Assembly: GCA_028534125.1 (NCBI GenBank)
Contig: CM052823.1
Span: 2,604,001 to 2,668,000, forward strand
Direction: 5' to 3'
Source of the DNA: Lama glama
Taxonomy: Eukaryota
Length of the DNA: 64,000 bases
Shown here piece after piece: positions 11,497-64,000 of the stretch. Numbering within the stretch: the stretch's first letter is position 1; each line of letters starts with the position of its first letter. Both the position numbers and the translations under genes were made by a program. Below the pieces are notes generated by a model. That model saw only the letters and a program-made list of their open reading frames with translations. It did not search any database and was not told where the DNA came from.

Positions 11497-13690
11497 TCCG
11501 AGGTGAGCGGAACCAGCCTGGCCCTGGGTGCGGGGTGGGTGTTGCCTTGACGGGAGTTTGGGCCTCAGGGGTCGGAACCGAGGCTGATGAACATGAAAAG
11601 AAGCTTCAGTGGAACACTTGGCCCCTTTTATATCTCTTTTTAAGGGTTTGAACAACAGAAGTTCACTGTCACCGTTGGGGAACTGAAAGCCTGAGGTTAA
11701 GGTGCCAGCAGCAGGCATCTTCAGCGCTGTCTCTGGGTCCCACCTCCCCGGACCCTAGTGTCCGCACTTTCACTAAATATTTGTGTATTTTTGTAAACCT
11801 TGACGCGGGGAGCGGGGTGGTTGGGGGCCCGGTGCTCTGTAGCTGGCCTGGGTCTTGGCTGTGGTTCTTGTCTGCCCCCCCCCCCACCGGCGATTTTCAC
11901 CCACAGCTGCCTCCAGTGGAGGGGGAGGGTCGTGCTCTCGGGGCTGATGAGAGGGCTGTTTTGTAAGAACATTGAAAACAACTGGGCCCCAACTGGACGC
12001 GGAGGTGGAGGCCAGGCCGAGGGCCGGCTCGGAGCAGAGGATGTGGTTGTGGGGGACCCTCCCCGGAGCAGCCCGGGACCTGGCCCTCGCACAGACGCCG
12101 CCTCCGCCCCCGCAGCCAGTCCTGCGCCCCCCGACGCGGGGTTTCCTGAGCAGGGCGTCCCCGGTGGGCAGATCCTGCCATCCTGCCTTAGCGTTCCTCT
12201 GGGTAACAGCTGAGAAGGTGGGGTGGGGGGCGGGCTCGCTTTCCTTCTTCCTTCTCACTGAGCCTTTTACAAACTTCCAGGCAGGGAGGCACGGAGCCGA
12301 GTCTGGAGCAGAGACCCTCGCCATGGCCGCCATGCAGGAGCCCGCTGTCCCGAGAGCCAGTGAAGGGGCGTCCACCAAGGAGAGGTGCGCCTGTCCTGCT
12401 GCTCACAGCCAGGTGGCTCTGCCAGGGCACTGGGAGGTGGGGGTGGACCAGCTGGCCCGGCGGGTGCTGTCCATGCTCCCGACCTCCTCTGTCCCCCTGC
12501 CAGCTCTGCCTGGTGAGGCCCACCATCCACCTGGACCCTCCTGTGGCAGGTGAAGGTGGTCCGACGTGGGTCCGCCTTGGGCCCCATGGACTGAGCTCGG
12601 GTTGGGGTGAGGCTGGGGGGCAGCAAGTAGGGGTCTCGGGCCCTCCTCGTGGTCAGCGTGGACCCTCAGCAGGGAGCCTCAGTCCTGGGCCTGCGTTGCC
12701 CCCTCCCCTGCCCCGCCACTTGGAAGGCGGTGGGTGAGGGTCTGGCTCCTGCCCTCTGGGCTGAAGCCAACGCCTCCCTCTTGGGGGCCCCCGCGTCCTG
12801 CCCGGTGGGCTTTCAGGGTTTCCAGGACCGCGTTCCCTCTGCATCCGGAACCCCTGCTGGGCCCACACAGGTCTCTGCGCCGGGCCCCTCACCTGTGAAT
12901 GGGGCAGGGGTGGAAGGGTCAGGTGGGGATGCGTGCCCACGAGCTTTCTGTGGGCCCCCCTCAGCACCCCCAGCTCTCAGCTGAGCGCCTACAGCCCCAT
13001 TCAACACTCCCACTGACTCAAGAAAAGCTAAAAAGCCTCATTTACTGGTTCGGAGAAAGACATTTTTCAGTCGAATATGGTTTTGGACTGCTGTCAGGCC
13101 ACCAAGGGACCCCAGAGGGAACGTCCCAGGACCGGGTGGGAGGAGGCTCTGACCCTAGCTCAGGCCCCCAGGACGCCACGGGAAGCCACTGGGCTCTGGG
13201 GCCGGGGGGCAGGGCTTGAACGTCCAGGGCCTCAGAATGTCCTCCTGGTGGCCAAGCTTGGTTCCCAGACAGCCCCCAGCCCACCAGCAGGATGAACAGG
13301 CTTTTATTGTAGGGTCTGTGCCAGGGCCTGGGCCGATCACCCGTCAATCCTAGGAGCTCTTGCGAAGCACAGAAAGGCCAGAAACCTGTTTCACGGGGAA
13401 CAGTTCCGGCACCTCCACCCAGAACAAGTAGTCAGCTGACCCGCCGCCTCTACCTGCCGCCACCCCGGGGCCCCTGGGAATGAAGGCGCCAGGGAGGAGG
13501 CGGACGGGAGACACAGAAAGTGCCGCTTGGTTCCACCCTCGGGCAGCAGGGCTGCCGGCTCCGGCCCTGGGGGTGCTGGTCACAGACCCAGGCCGGGCAA
13601 TGTGGCTGCCTCTCTGAATGTGAAGGGTCCCTGGGTTCCTAGTAAGAGCTGGAGCAGAGACAGACGCTGGAGCCAGGTCATGCTTAGTGT

Positions 13691-13696
13691 TTTATT
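13691..13696 (-). terminator. DYNC1H1 proximal polyadenylation signal AATAAA
   Basis: TTTATT on the + strand, ~205 nt past the stop codon; the first canonical hexamer I found in the 3' UTR. Confidence 0.8.
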
Positions 13697-13901
13697 CATA
13701 AAACAAGCCGTGCCATCGACCCGCAAAAACACGTATGGTGTCCCTCCTGTCCCCACCACTCCAACTGCCACACTCTGTCTGGCTTCCTCTGACCTCACAC
13801 TGAAGACTTTGCTCTGATAAGTCCATACCTTCCAACACTTAATAATAAACACGTGTTAAATATCAAGTTGTACTGTTACAGAAAGGGGGCGGGGACGTGC
13901 T

Positions 13902-63923
<50,022 letters not shown>

Positions 63924-64000
63924 TCAGACTTCCGTGCACTATTGTTCTCCAAAGAGACTCCATTATTTCAGGTCTGTCAGGTATTAATAACACATGTTTT

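Noticed and set aside
11721-13347. Many overlapping 100-200-aa ORFs on both strands
   Set aside because: GC-rich low-complexity translations with no coherent model beyond the possible UTR exon noted.

Overview
Mammalian genomic DNA, not prokaryotic. tRNA-Ala-like SINEs of the vic-1 type suggest a camelid (inference). Positions 13902-63903 (- strand) hold 75 consecutive coding exons of cytoplasmic dynein 1 heavy chain (DYNC1H1). I traced every splice junction by hand: phases agree and there is no internal stop. The exons total 13423 nt and correspond to exons 4-78 of the 78-exon, 4646-aa human gene as I recall it; exons 1-3 lie beyond the right edge. The first ~13.5 kb looks intergenic in the ORF track but appears to hold a spliced + strand gene convergent with DYNC1H1. 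It has a CpG-rich promoter with a GC box and an RFX X-box, and phase-compatible exons 38-129, 1206-1305 and 11002-11496 encoding an uncharacterised ~228-aa protein. Its position matches my recollection of mouse 1700001K19Rik. The rest is ordinary repeats (SINE, L1, L2, MIR, MLT1, MER), microsatellites and one N gap. Smaller oddities include a GC-AG intron, a GAG acceptor, an inverted duplication inside an L1, and a possible substitution cluster in dynein exon 36. Repeat family names and comparisons to human or mouse are from memory and need database confirmation.
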